Part shown: one piece after another, positions 31,430-44,600 of the stretch | Numbering within the stretch: the first letter of the stretch is position 1 | Layout: each line of letters starts with the position of its first letter | Assembly: GCF_009914755.1 (NCBI RefSeq) | Contig: NC_060925.1 | DNA length: 64,000 nt | DNA from: the human T2T-CHM13v2.0 reference genome, Homo sapiens | Strand: one strand, 5' to 3' | Made by a program: the position numbers and the translations under genes | The notes under the pieces: generated by a model | Database searches by the model: none | The model's input: the letters and a program-made list of their open reading frames with translations, nothing else | What the model was told of the DNA's origin: nothing

Positions 31430-32445
31430 GGGAAGATTCAACATCATTGTCAAAATGTCCTCAACTCTCTGCTCACCTGGCTGTGTCACACCACGCTTTG
31501 CTGAGTCTCCTCTTTCCTCTCCCCGCAGTCTCCTTCGCTGGCATTTTCTTCCCCTATCCTCTCAAAGAGGTGGTATCCCCAGCTGACTCAGCATAGCTTC
31601 TTGTTCTTCTTACTTCATACGTTTCACGTGAGCACACTAATCCTGTCTAATTGGCCTTAACTACAGCCCACATGGTAATGATGCACACATCTCCATCCCC
31701 AGCCAGACCCCTGCCCTGAGCTTCAACTCTGGAAAATTTCCTGTGTCCACCCAACATCCCCTTTTTGTCCTGCCTGCTGCGCTTCCCCAGGCTCTCATCA
31801 GTTCTCTCTGGGACTACTGCAAAGTCTCTTGTCCTCCACCTCCAGCCTCGCCCTTCTCAAATCAACCCTACCCAGGCTTTTAAACCCAAATTAAACCAGA
31901 CTAGTCACTCACTTCATGGCTTTTAAAGCTCTGTCACCCCACCTCTGCCTGTGGGAACAAGTTCTACCTCTTTAGGGTGGCATGCAAGCATCTCCATGAT
32001 CTGTCTCTGCCTACTTCTCTACACCCACCCCCACTCTTTATCTTCCACTTTAGCCACTGGAAATTCAAACTGCTTGATGTTCCACACACTACATGCTCTT
32101 TCAGGCTTCCCAGACTTTGTCATCACTGTTCCTCTAAGCCCTACTGCCTTTTTAAACACTTGGTTCCAGTGGCCTCTCCTCCAGGAATCCCTTCATGATC
32201 TCTTCCCCTATTTCCTGGTGACTGGGTCAGGTATCGCTTGTCGTGGGCCACCTTAATACATTTCTATTACTGAACTTACCACACTGCATTAGAATTATCT
32301 AGTAACAATTCTTCCCCCTCCAACAAAATCTGCATAGAAGAGGAATAAGGCTATATTTTATTCAGCTTTGGGTTTTCAGCCCATAACATGGTGTCTGGCA
32401 CAGAGGGTAAACAAAACAAGTATTTGTTGAATAAAACTGAACTGA
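31430..32445 (+). mobile_element. L2 LINE fragment including 3' end
   Basis: ccccagccagacccctgccctgagcttc...catggtgtctggcacagagg...agtatttgttgaat. Confidence 0.7.
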
Positions 32446-33569
32446 TGGTTGCAGATGTGTGCATTAATTAGCATCTCAACAATCTCTGAGCGCACAGCTA
32501 CTCAGAGCACAATCAATTATTCCGGTTCCTAAATCCCCCTGGGGGAGAAGCTTACCCCACTCCATGCCATTCAGAGGCATGATTGCTTAACTGATATTGC
32601 CAAATTGGGTCACAAATAATGAGAAAAGTTCCATTTCCCTCAGCTGTGAAGGTTTTGAGGCACACAAAATGACACTAAAGCCTAGCCACTTGGACTACGC
32701 ATTTAGGATTGTGGCACCTGTCAGTATGAATGTGTTGCCTAATTAAGTATTCTTTGGATAACAGTGTCACAGGCCAGGAGAACCAGTCTGCCAGGTAGAT
32801 CTCCCCTTAACCTCACTGGAATTTCCTATTCTTTGTCTTTACACTGTGAGCAGAAACAAATTGCCAATTTTGTTGATGCAAGCACGTTCTCAAACAACTT
32901 GAAACTACTCCCAAACACCAACAGCCATGTGAGAAAGAGATGAAACGCAGTTTGTGGAAAGTAAATTCTTGATTATGTTGGAATTAAAGGGTACATACTT
33001 TGCTGCACTTTCAAGAACTACAGGTAAGAGACACAACAGTGTTTTACTCCTATGTCAAACAAAAAGCTGGCAATTTACTGTGCAAAATAAACAGATGGAG
33101 AAAAATAGAAAGGTGGTATCTCTGCTTTTTAACTATATTCCTCAAGGGTCGTCACAAAGAGAGAAGTAATAATTATAGCAACGGAGTGAGTGTTCTCTTG
33201 CCCCTTGGAAAGCTTTATAGACTGGTTGTTTACTGCTAACTTTTGTGAAAGACTAGTTTAAGTATATTAAAGCTTTATGGCCTGAGTGGGAGCCATTACG
33301 TATGGAAACTGACCTGACCATTACTTATAAGCAGGTCAGAGACTGGGATTCAAGAAATAACGATGTTACCATTGCAAAGACAGAGAACAAAACTCAACTG
33401 CAGAGAAGACTGAGAAATGTAGTCTTCTACATTTGAAATATTACAAATATTCTTCTATACTTCAAATATTCCAAATGTAGTTTTCATGGATATTTGCTGA
33501 GCACAAACTACTTTTACTATGCCCTCCTTCACCTAGAACATGATAGGCTTGATAAACTGTTTCTAGGAG

Positions 33570-33815
33570 AGGCAGAATAGAAAAGCATATTAGTTTTAAA
33601 ATCTGGGCTTTGGAGTGAGGTTATCCAGGTTTGAAAGCTAGCTACACTACTTACAAGCTAAGTATACTTAGCCAATTTACCTAATCTCATTGTCCGTCAG
33701 TCTTCTTCCTGTAAAATGGGCATAATTGGCATAATAGTACTACCTATCCCATAAGCTTGCTCTGAGGAGTACGTGTGTTATAAGTTTTTATTACATGTGT
33801 TTCTAGAGCATGATT
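33570..33815 (+). mobile_element. MIR SINE
   Basis: gggctttggagtgagg...cactacttacaagct...ctgtaaaatgggcataat. Confidence 0.7.
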
Positions 33816-33890
33816 CCAGAAGAAATGGGCCATTCCATTCATAATAGATAATTTACAAATATTAAAACAAAAAAATTGGGGAGGGAAACG

Positions 33891-34259
33891 TGTTGCCAAA
33901 CACCAAGGGATTGGCTTAGATCTGGTTGCTTGCTGCAAAGAAAGCCAATCACAGAGATGGCAAGTATTGCCAGGGATCAAAGGCTTTATTACAGATGATG
34001 TCAGCTGAGAGATGGGAGACAAGTCTAAGCTAACTAAAATAAAGGGTTTACATAGTGGGGAGTTACGAAGGGGTAAGCAAGGGGAGTTGGTCAACAGGCA
34101 GCAGGTGTGTCTCATTGTCCAGATGCCATGATCTGAGATGTTTCAGTTTCTCGATACTTTCTGGGAGGCCTGATGGTCAGGTTCCTGAGAAAGGAACTTA
34201 GATAAAACAAATGTCTGTTACTCAAACTTCAGTTCTAAGGAAAAATTGGGCTTGTTTCA
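33891..34259 (-). mobile_element. MER31-like ERV1 solo LTR (internally deleted)
   Basis: tgttgccaaacaccaagggg...agaaagccaatcac...ttcctgagaaaggaacttagataa...tttca; 4-bp TSD aacg/aaca. Confidence 0.8.
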
Positions 34260-34649
34260 AACATATGAAATGTTCTGAAAATGTTACTGATCTCAGTCCT
34301 GAGTAATTATGTGTCTTGGTACTTAATAAAATTTATATTAAAGAATGGAGAAAGCTGGCTGTGTAGTGGCTGAAATGAGAAGAAAAAGTCATAATTTATG
34401 TCATCATTGTCAGTCATCTCATTTATAAGAGGGAGTCAGGTCACCCTGCTCCTCAAAGCTGGGACTATGTTGTTTCTATGGAGCTTTGTTCACCCCTTAT
34501 CAAGTGAGAGATCCTCCATATTTGTGGCAAAATCTCACCATAAAAATGAGGAAAAGGATGCAGGTAACATCTAATCCTAAATATCATCCTGAGTGGAGAA
34601 AAAAAAAAAAAGCGAGAGACTTTATTGAAAAAGCTTTTTTTTTGGTAAA

Positions 34650-35880
34650 AATTTTTTAATTTGAGGTAAAATCCACACAGTATAGAATTAACCATTTTAA
34701 AGTGCACAATTCAGCAGCATTTAATGCATTTGAAATGTTGTGCAATCACCACTTCTATTTACTTTTAAAACATTTTCACATCCCCAAAGGTAACCCCAGC
34801 AAGCAGTCAGTCCCCATTTCCTCCTCCCCTAGAAACTGGTAACCAACAATCTGCTTACTATCCCTATGGATTTACTGAATCTGGATATTTCATATAAAAG
34901 GAATCATACCATATGTGCCCTCTTGTGTCTAGCTTCTTTCACTTGACATAATGTTTTCAGCTTCTTCCATGTTGTAGCACTTGTTCCTTTTTATAGCTGA
35001 ATGATATTCCATTGTAAAGTCTTACCACATTTTGTTTATCCATTCCTCAGGAGAGGGACAAAGTTGTTTCCACATATTGGCTATTGTCAATGCTGATGCT
35101 ATGAACCTTCATTTATGTGGTTTTTTTTATTTTTATAGATTTAGAGGATATAAGTGCAGTTTTGTTACATGGATATATTTTAGTGTAGCCATCACCCAAA
35201 TAGTATACATTATACACATTAAGTAATTTCTCATCCCTCACTCCCCTCCACTTCAGCCCCTTCCAAGTCTCCAATGTCAATTATTCCACTCAAGTGTTTG
35301 CCTGAATACATGTTTTCAATTATTTTAGGTAGGAGTAGAATTACTGGGTCATAGGGTAATTTTTATATTTAACTTTTGGGGGAACTGCCAAACTGTTTTC
35401 CACAGAAGCTACACCATTTTACGTTCCCACTAGCAATGTCCAGGTGTTCTAATTTCTCCCCATCCTTGCTAATACTAGTTATTTTCCATATGTTTTTATT
35501 GTAACCATATTAGTGGGTGTGAAGTAGTAACTCACTATGGTTTGGATTTGCATTTCCCTAATGATTAATGATGATGGGTGTCTTTTCAAGCACTTGTTGA
35601 ACATTTGCGTAACTTCTTTGGAGAAATGTCTATTCAAGTCCTTTGCCCATTTTTTTTAAATGAGTTTTGTCTTTTGTTATGGAGTTATAAGAGTTCTTTA
35701 TATATTCTGAATACTATGCCCTTATCAGGTATGTAATTTGCAAGTATTTTCCTCCTTTCTACAAGTTTTCATTTTCTTGATAGTGTTCTGTGATGCACAA
35801 AGGTTTTTATTGTGATGAAGTCTATCTAATTCATCTACTTTTTCTTTTGTTGCTGGAGTCAGTGGTATCATATTTGAAGC
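34650..35880 (-). mobile_element. L1MB-type LINE-1 3' fragment with a younger L1 3' piece nested at ~35120-35292
   Basis: ttaaccattttaaagtgcacaattcag...gatttgcatttccctaatgatta...ttggagaaatgtctattcaagtcctttgccca. Confidence 0.85.
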
Positions 35881-37639
35881 CTTTTGAAAAATCAGTCTCT
35901 TAAAGTTTGACTGTTTCATTCACAGACTAATTGAAAAGAAAATCTAATTTGTTAGCCAAGACACTGAAAAAATATAGAAGTCTTACATTCTCTTCGCTCA
36001 TCTTTGATTAAGAATTTACTAAAATTAGTTCCTAATTTGTAATATATTTCCAAAAAATATATCTGTTGTTAAAATATCTTAACAAGTATGAAAAATATGC
36101 AGAGTCCAATAACATATCATTAAAGTATTCATAAGTATCATGGCCTAGAATGGCAACAATAGTATAGAAAGGATCCAGAATTTAATTAGAAAATATAGAA
36201 AATAAACAGTAAACTGTTGGCAGTTATACCCTGGTTGGGGGTGTTACAGACTGATCCCTATTCAAATCAGCTGAAGCAATTAGATAAAAATGTATCTTGA
36301 ACTTATGAGGTGGGAGTTGCAAAATAAACCCCATCTGAAGGATGTAGCTTGGAGTCCTTCTTTTTATAGCAACTATTTAAAAGTGCTTCAAGTGTCCGTA
36401 TTTGAGATAGAACCACTCTGAACATGCACAGCCCAGATTCCACATCTGAGATGATAAAATTGTTCCCTTAGTGAGTATCTTTCCAAATCCAGGATGGTTT
36501 CAAATTAATTATAAAGATGATAAGGTATTAATATTTTTGTGTCAAGTTCAGGAATGGGTTTTTAATCATTGATACAATTTGTGTATATTCAGTATTTAAA
36601 CTATTTGTAATGATTTAGGATTGGCATGTTGGAGACTGACAGATTAGCCTGGTGATTCCAATTTAAAATATGTAATTGAGTCGTGATTTAAAGTTGAAGG
36701 TGTAAGATTTTGACTAAGTTTGTAAACAGAATTAGATAATTTCAGAGAACTAGATTTACTATGTTTATAAATTTAATAATTTATTAGACTTAAATGACTT
36801 ATTTAAATTCTCAAGACAGTTTTGCTCATTAGAGACATGAACTTGTCACACTGGTCAATTACCTGAAAAGCTTAAAAAGAAAACTGAATATATTACATTT
36901 ACGGTTGCAGTTTCAAATTCCCACATTCATAAATGAGACTGATTGTTTAAAGAGAAATTAGTTAAGTTGATCAAACATTTAATCAATTGCTCCTCAAAGT
37001 TATGATGCTTAATTCTTAAAAAATGTAAGTTTTCAACAATAATAATACTTACAAATCAAACTTTAATATTTAGGGAAAACTACAGGGTTTTAACTTTAAA
37101 AATCCAATACCACGATAATTTAAATTACAGGTAACTCTGATTGTGCAATGCACCGAAGTTATGCGAGGTGCCCATGTGTCATAATGCCCATTCAAATTAC
37201 ACAATCAAGGATAAGTAGTAGTCCTAGGATAAGAGAAATGAATTAGTGAGCAATGGTCAACACAAGATAAAGTGAGTGTGGGCAATTCTGCACAATTTAG
37301 GTAAAGGCTTATTTATTTATTTATTTAAATGGGGAAGGTAGCCTCTTTCCACACAGTTACAAAAAGGAAAAACATCTTTAGAGTAAGGTATTGTTCCCTG
37401 GGTTCTCCTAGTGGAGAAATGTAATTGCTGCAACCAATATGTGTCTCTGAAACATGGCGGACCAGACTAAATCTCAGAGAAAGACAAGGTCTTGACATTC
37501 AGGATGCTGAGCTCAACATCCTTTTAAACTGCTTGCATATGACTTTGTGGTTTTCAAATGAAAAACCTGCAACATTTTAAAAACCTTAAGGAGTGAATAA
37601 CTGATATGTTTCTCTAGTGGAAAATGAAGGCATTCGATG

Positions 37640-37850
37640 GCATAGAGGCCTGTGTTTGGACTCAGATAGCTTGGGTTCAAATCCGAGCTCAGCCACCTAT
37701 TAAAAGAATGACTTTGTACAAGTCACTGCCCTCAAAGAAAGTTCAACTGTAAGTAGAAGGTAATAACTATCTCTTATGGTTGTAAAATATTGTAAAGTGT
37801 TTAGCACCATGATAAACACATAAGAACCATTCAGCAGGTTACTATTGCAG
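37640..37850 (+). mobile_element. MIR SINE
   Basis: ttggactcagatagcttgggttcaaatccgagctcagccacc. Confidence 0.7.
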
Positions 37851-38829
37851 TCACTGTATTGTTAGGAGTAGGAAATTTCTGCAAAAGGACATGAGTCTAC
37901 CATTCACATGGCTGCAGATTTTTTCTGTCTTCAGCCTTTGGCTAAGAAATACACTTTACTGTTTTACATTAAGTTCATGATTTTCATACACTTAGAGCAA
38001 GTTGTCTCTTTAAGAATCAAGAATGATACTGTCATCTGTTAAAAATTTGAAGAAAGAACATGAATGCTGAAGGCTTTTATTAAAATGTTGCTAGATATGA
38101 AATAACATTCTTCTCATTGAATGGTCATAAATTGAGAAATATGAAGAAAACCAGCTTGCACAGCTGTGAACATCTAGTTATTGTAAACCAAATTTTTGCT
38201 TTTGAAAACTTCATTCATACATGAAGCAACTATGAAATTATTGAGACGTGATAGTTTGAGAAGCTTAGGCATGAATTTATTATTTTTTCAATTGATCTTT
38301 TAGTACTTCACTGTTGTTTAATTCTCATGCATTGGTCACATCAGTCATTTCAAAGCATTAATAAAATGAACATGGTCACCTTTGTTTATTGTTAGATAAA
38401 TTTGGGAGAGTGGAGATGACTATATGGATCGTGTCCTCAAAGACCTCTGAGGCCACCTTGGGAAGTTAAGTCTTCTGGAAAAACATCACATGATTCACCT
38501 TCACCTACCTAAGTTTCCATGAAGACAGTCCTCTTATAAGAAAATTACTCTGCTAAATAAATGTTTATTATAAAAAACTTGAAACTGTGTGTAGAGACAA
38601 ATAATATTTTTCAAAACAATGTATTCTGTATAGTTTCAGTAAGTACAATTTTTACTATACTCATAAAGACTTGGGGTTTCAGTTTTTAGTTAATTAAGAA
38701 ATATTTTAAAGAAATTAGTATTTCAGTTTTTAATCAGAGTAAGGGAGAGGTAGGACTATCATGAATAAAGAAATTCTATACAAATATGGACCAGCTGTTC
38801 CTTATCTCCACTGGGAGAAAAAAATAAAT

Positions 38830-39015
38830 AAATTAGGAAAGAAAGCCCTCAAATGTGCAGAAGGACATTTAGATACTGAGAATGACTGAAGAAGGTTATG
38901 AAACCTCTATACCTGGAAGTCTTTCAAAGGACAATCCATACCTACCTGGGGTGACCAGGTCCTCCTGCACCAGACGCTATCTCAAAGCCCCAATTAATCT
39001 AAATATTCTATTTTT
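38830..39015 (+). mobile_element. CR1/L3 (or MIR3) 3' end relic
   Basis: cctggaagtctttcaa...tctcaaagccccaattaatctaaatattcta resembles the L3 tail. Confidence 0.45.
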
Positions 39016-42000
39016 GACAGATGTACTCTTGGGGCTTCTATGACAGGAAACTGAAATTTACAGTTGAGGAGTGCACCTTTGATTGTTAAGTACTAAAACT
39101 AAAACTAACTTGCCAATACCAAGTTAGCCTGACCCAGGATGTGGACTTTGATCTCAAAATGGTTGAATCCCGAAAATACTGTCACTGTCTTTAGAAAAAA
39201 AACCCCAAGAACTGGAGACAGCTTTTTAAGTAGTATAATTAATGTGGAAGCATCTTTCACAGATTTCATGGCACAATCTTCCATGAACCTGAGAGGGAAG
39301 ATTTCATCACACCCAGCAACTGGGAGGGTTTTTCCTTACATTCCTATTTATCCAGTTTAAAAAAACAAAAAAACAAAAAACAAAAAACAAAAACAAACAA
39401 AAAATACTTAAAACTAACTAAAGCACATTTAGGGCTCAAAAATTGTAGTACTTAAGAGGATTTATTTAAATCTCTCAAATAACAGCTTGAAAACAAATCC
39501 TGTTAAATGCTCCATTTCGCTATTCTTGTCAAAAATTTTTGCTTGGCCCTTTCCCTTTTATTAAACTCTGTAGCTATCCATTATGTTGCAAAATAACGTG
39601 TATGGTTGTTAGCAATAACCTGTAGCCATCGGCATTTCTGAAAGCAGTTAGAAAGCAAAGCCTTGAGATTTGCCAACATGGTAAAGCTGGATTATGAAGA
39701 TACGATTCATCAGAGAAAAGAAACTGAGAGAATTTTTTTGAAATGCTATGAACACACCCCTTCTTCTTCAGATCTTTTCCCCCATTAGCATCACCTGCAA
39801 GAATTATTTGCTCTATGAGTGGGTGCCAATACCAAGTTTTAAACTGAATATACACTGCAAAAGCTGATGGGCTTCACTTGTCCCAGAGGCAGGAAAAGTC
39901 AGCCAGGTCTTATTTGCAAGAAGACTCAAGGATTCAGAAAAGCTTTCGAACTGCTGAAACTGACATCTGACTGCCAGGGCTAAGATCCCTAAAATGTCCA
40001 GGAGGAAGGCCTCCCACATGCTCCAAGCACGGTAACTGGGTGGACACTGTACAAGATGGAGATGATGCTGATGGTCTGATGAGGGAAACAGGCCATCCTA
40101 AGAAGGTGAGGTCAAACACTTAACCCAGGGACGCAGTTGGCGGAGGGGCAATTACAGGAGACAATGACTTTGAGTACCTCTCAGTTTGGTGACACTCAGA
40201 TTACCTTCAAAGGAAAATGCTTATAAAAAATATTAAGTCTTAGGGAAGAGTCAATCTACTAGAGATGAAAAAGGAAGAAAGCAAGAGAGAAAAGAGAGCA
40301 TTTTCCCACTTCCATGTGGAGACCGCTGGAGCAAGACTGAAGAACAACTGGAACTAAGCCACTTGGAAGTAGCAACAGATAATACCACACATACCTGGGA
40401 GCAGCATGGCTTTTGCTGAAAGTGACAGAGCAGAAATGCAAGGTGAGATATGTGGAAAGCTGCTGAGCCAAAGGACTTGATGAGAGACCATAGGATACTT
40501 CTTTACTTGATAGGAAGGGTTTTGGGGAATTAGGAATCCATTGATTTCGCTAAGCCAAAGATTATTGCTTTTCACCAATATCATGATCCTGTTGTGGCTG
40601 CAGATAAGGATCCCAGAAGAAAGCAAGTGTAATGAAATACTAAATAATCTAAGCACCACAAGGCTTGGTCCCGGCTGCATACTTTCTTGTCAAGGGAGGT
40701 GCCCTCTGACATGATTTCTCCCAACCTTCTCTTTATCTGCCCCTGACAAGAATCCCCACAGCCTCCCTGCTGTTGATGTCCCTTCAGACAGCACTGGGGC
40801 AGCATCCTGGCCAGATGGTTCAAGCCTGGCTGGCTCCCACAGTGGCCTAGAGATCCAAAAGAAATTCATAGAACCCTGCTAGGCTAAACAGTGCTATGGC
40901 CACTGGCGATATTTCCATCCCCGCTCTTCCTTCCATTTCATGCCAATTCCTGTTTCCCTTACTCAAATCAGCAAGTCTGCTTCATATGCAGATATCTACC
41001 TGTACAGAAGAAGCCAGTCTATCCTTTTATTAGCCACCCTTACACATGTAAAAGGCTGTCTTAGCTCTCCTCTCACTTGATCTGGTGTGTGGGGGCAGGT
41101 AGGCGTCCCAAGAATGTGCTGTCCACTAAGCGAATAACTTCCCTAATTATTCCCCTTGACTTCCTTATGTAAATGGAGAGGATAATAGCAGGGATAGTTC
41201 TGCCACCTCTTAAGTAGGTCCTGCAAGGATTTTTGGAGGTTCTCTTCAGAAGAGAAGGATTACTGTCTTCATTTCGAAAGATTTATTTGCAAATCTGAGA
41301 CAAAGAAACGGTTCAATTCAACATCCTGTTACATCCAGTAAACACCTTACTAGAGGGGATGTTAGATGGCGCAGCAAAAATGCTTGCTAATCAAAGAAGC
41401 AGTTTCAGAATCTTTCTTAAGACAATATCACTGCCATTCTACTGGTATAAAAATATAATAGCAATATTATTTTTATTCTCATTCTATAGGTAACAAAAAT
41501 GAGGCTACAAAAGGTTAAGCAGCTTGCCCAAGATCACACAACTAATAAGGGATGACAACAAACTTCTAACCCAGCTCTCTCTTGAATATACTGTAATAAC
41601 ATTATATGGTGGTCAAAGGTGTTGAGATAGTTGTGATTTAATAGACTGTCACGAGTATCTCCTATTGTTTTCCCTTAAAGTGAATATTTTATCTAATTAA
41701 ATCAATATCCATGTGTTGACCTGCCTGAATATTTTACACTGCTAAAAACTAAACTTTATAGTCGTAGCATCTCAAATAGATATTAAATGGACATTGACTT
41801 AAACATATGGCTAAACCCTCTATATCTACAAGATCGATTATTTGTAAGTGGACTCTTCATATTCTAATTCTCTAACAGACTTCGTAAAATTGAGAATCCA
41901 TTCTCTGTTGTGTGAGGAGAGCAGAGTCTGTAAGTATGATAGTCTTATATCAATATCTACTACTTGAGACTGTCTCATATTGTACATTCTCTAATAAACA

Positions 42001-43029
42001 GCAGGCCAATTACAGACCAATTAGGTAATGTGGAAAAGTCATTAGTGAAACTAAATCTAGCATATCTGGACTTCCAAGCAAACACCATGCAAGGGAAACA
42101 AAAAATCAATCTGACTCAGCTTTACTCTAAAGATGTTACAATTCCAGCTATGAATTGCATCATGTCCAGTACAACACATCATTCTAAATACTGGTGAATT
42201 TTAACATTCTGTCTAGGAATATCCCTGAATAATGACACATAGATTTCATAAACCTTTATAGGGCAGCCAGCTTTTAATTTTGTCCTACGTATATTCCAAT
42301 TAAAAGTCAAATGCCAACTGGATGCATCCAGAGAAAATCCTGTGTTCAACAACAAAAGCGTCAGCTGTGAGCTAAGGCAGTAAAGATTATATGGTGGTCA
42401 AAGGTGCTGAGTTAGTTGCTATTTCATGCCAAAATGAAGACAAAATCCCTGCGCTTAGGTGACTGGGAAGTTTGGGTACAGGTGGGGAAATACAAAGAAG
42501 AGTCAAGGACACTTTGGGAGTACTCAGGATGGAATAAATTTACTCTTCTCAAAGCAGAGGAATGAATACATAGTTTACTTAAACGAATGGGATTTGAGGC
42601 TTGTATAGATTGTCAGTAACCTGACTGAAAGAATTAATTAGCACATCTAAATTGGATCAATCATTTCAAAACAAAGAAAGAGAAGAGTCACAGAAGGAAT
42701 GCACAGGTGGTGTTCATCAAACATTGTTGGAAGACAGGATACCCTGCCAGGCCAACATGCATATAATAATTTTGACAGGTTATACAGTAAGGACAACACA
42801 GCAACTGTAAGGTCCCACAATTAAACATCTGAATCATATATAAATTTCCTTGTTCTGATTTTATTCTTATCAAGAAATATTCTAATATTTAGCTTCTTAT
42901 GGAACTTTTCTATAGGAAGAAACTTCACCTGTCCAGTACGTGTTCAGTATTTTTGTAAATTAATAAATTAAAATTTCAGGTTTTATGAATAAGTTTTATA
43001 TCACTTATGGCTCTCTGGAAAAAAGTGAT

Positions 43030-43507
43030 TAAAATTAACTTTGACTAATGTAATCAAAGGAGAAGCTATTAGAGGAACAAATAGTTGCAAGACTAGAGAG
43101 TCCAGTCCTAGAAACAGGCAGGAACCAAAGCAACTCCAGAGACCAGAAGCTGGAAATACTAAAGTTGTCTTAGAGCTGGAGCAACCTGGACAGGGAACAG
43201 CCTCTAGGCTGCTTGACTTCCATACATCTCACCTTTCATTGTGCCATATGCACAAAATCTAAATCCCAGAAGAGAATATCCGCTTGGCCAAGCTTATTCA
43301 CATAAATGCTCCCGGACCTAACAGAGTAATGAAAGTATATGGAAGGAGGAGCCTCTTCATCTGTAGTAGAAGAGCAGGTACCAGAATTCACTGTGCCACC
43401 AAGACAACACAAAATAAGACACAGCTATTTCCTCCTCTCAAAAAAATCAGTGCTGGCGGGAAGGAAGAAGAGATGTTTGACAGCCAGAACCCAAATGGCC
43501 ACCACAC
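43030..43507 (-). mobile_element. Old MLT1 (K/L/M-like) LTR relic
   Basis: aaaatcagtgctggcgggaaggaagaagagatg...ggccaccaca terminus. Confidence 0.45.
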
Positions 43508-43762
43508 ATTCCCATGAGTGTTTTAATGGGACTCAAGAGTCCAAAGTCTGGTTACATTTGGGGCAAAGACAAATTTAAATTCTTAAGGCTCCAAGGGTGA
43601 GGGGCAGAGTCTGACCCAAGGCAAATTCACAAAAACAAATGTCACTTTATGAGTTTTGGAATGAAGAGCTTTTATAGGTCATACAGTCTTACTCCATCTC
43701 GACCTCCCCATCGATTACTGGTATTCTATTACACATCATGTCTGAAAAAGATTGCTTGACCT

Positions 43763-43910
43763 GATAGTTTCCAAACTTGATTTCATATCAGAATCACCTA
43801 AGAACGTCAAACAATACAACTCCCAGATTTCCAGTGCTGCAAGGAATTCTGCGGTGGGCTTAGGGATCTATACATTTATACAACCTCCCCAAGTCACTGT
43901 GATACAGCCC
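43763..43910 (+). mobile_element. MER5-family hAT relic
   Basis: gtttccaaacttg...tcagaatcacct...ggcttagggatctatacattt...ctccccaagtcactgtgat. Confidence 0.55.
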
Positions 43911-43929
43911 ATTCTACCTTACAACTATT

Positions 43930-44600
43930 CTGAATATTAGAAATTTCTTCCTTCTATTGACCCCAAAAGATACTAAACTGTAGATTAACACCCATTAGTA
44001 CATATTTTAATTCTTGGGACTAAAATGAATAATGACTCTTCCTTCTTCTCCCAGCAGCGTTCAGAAATTTGAAAGCAACTATTCTGTCCCATTACATACT
44101 TCATTTTCAAGACACCTCCAGGCCAGTTATTCCAAGCTTTTCCAATCTTTCCCATTATGCCAAGATTTTAAGTCTTTTTACCTTCCAGGTTACCCTTCTC
44201 TAATGCTCTTCAATTTCACTCTATTACTCTTAGATATTTCAAGTGATCTGTGATCAGTTCAAATATTATAATTTCTCTTTTGCAAGCTAAGATCACATAG
44301 CTTGTGGGTGGCTATATCTCACATGGCCCATTAACAAAGGTCTCTCAATTATTTTTGTTAAACAAGCATTATTACCAAGCTAGTCCCCTGCCCAAGTCCC
44401 CTTTCTCTAATTCTGTATTGTTATAGCTTGTTCAATTTTAATTTGGACTCACACACATGACCTTACAGTCAACTCAAAAAACTTGTTTACTTAGGTTCTG
44501 CTTATCCTTCCTGTCTGTCAATCTTTATCTATACTACTAATTTTGTCCTCTAAATCAAAGTGACTGCAGAATTTCTACCCATGAGGGTCTTTGACAGTGG
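43930..44600 (-). mobile_element. Possible CR1/L3 relic
   Basis: Pyrimidine-rich degenerate similarity to recalled L3 motifs. Confidence 0.3.
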
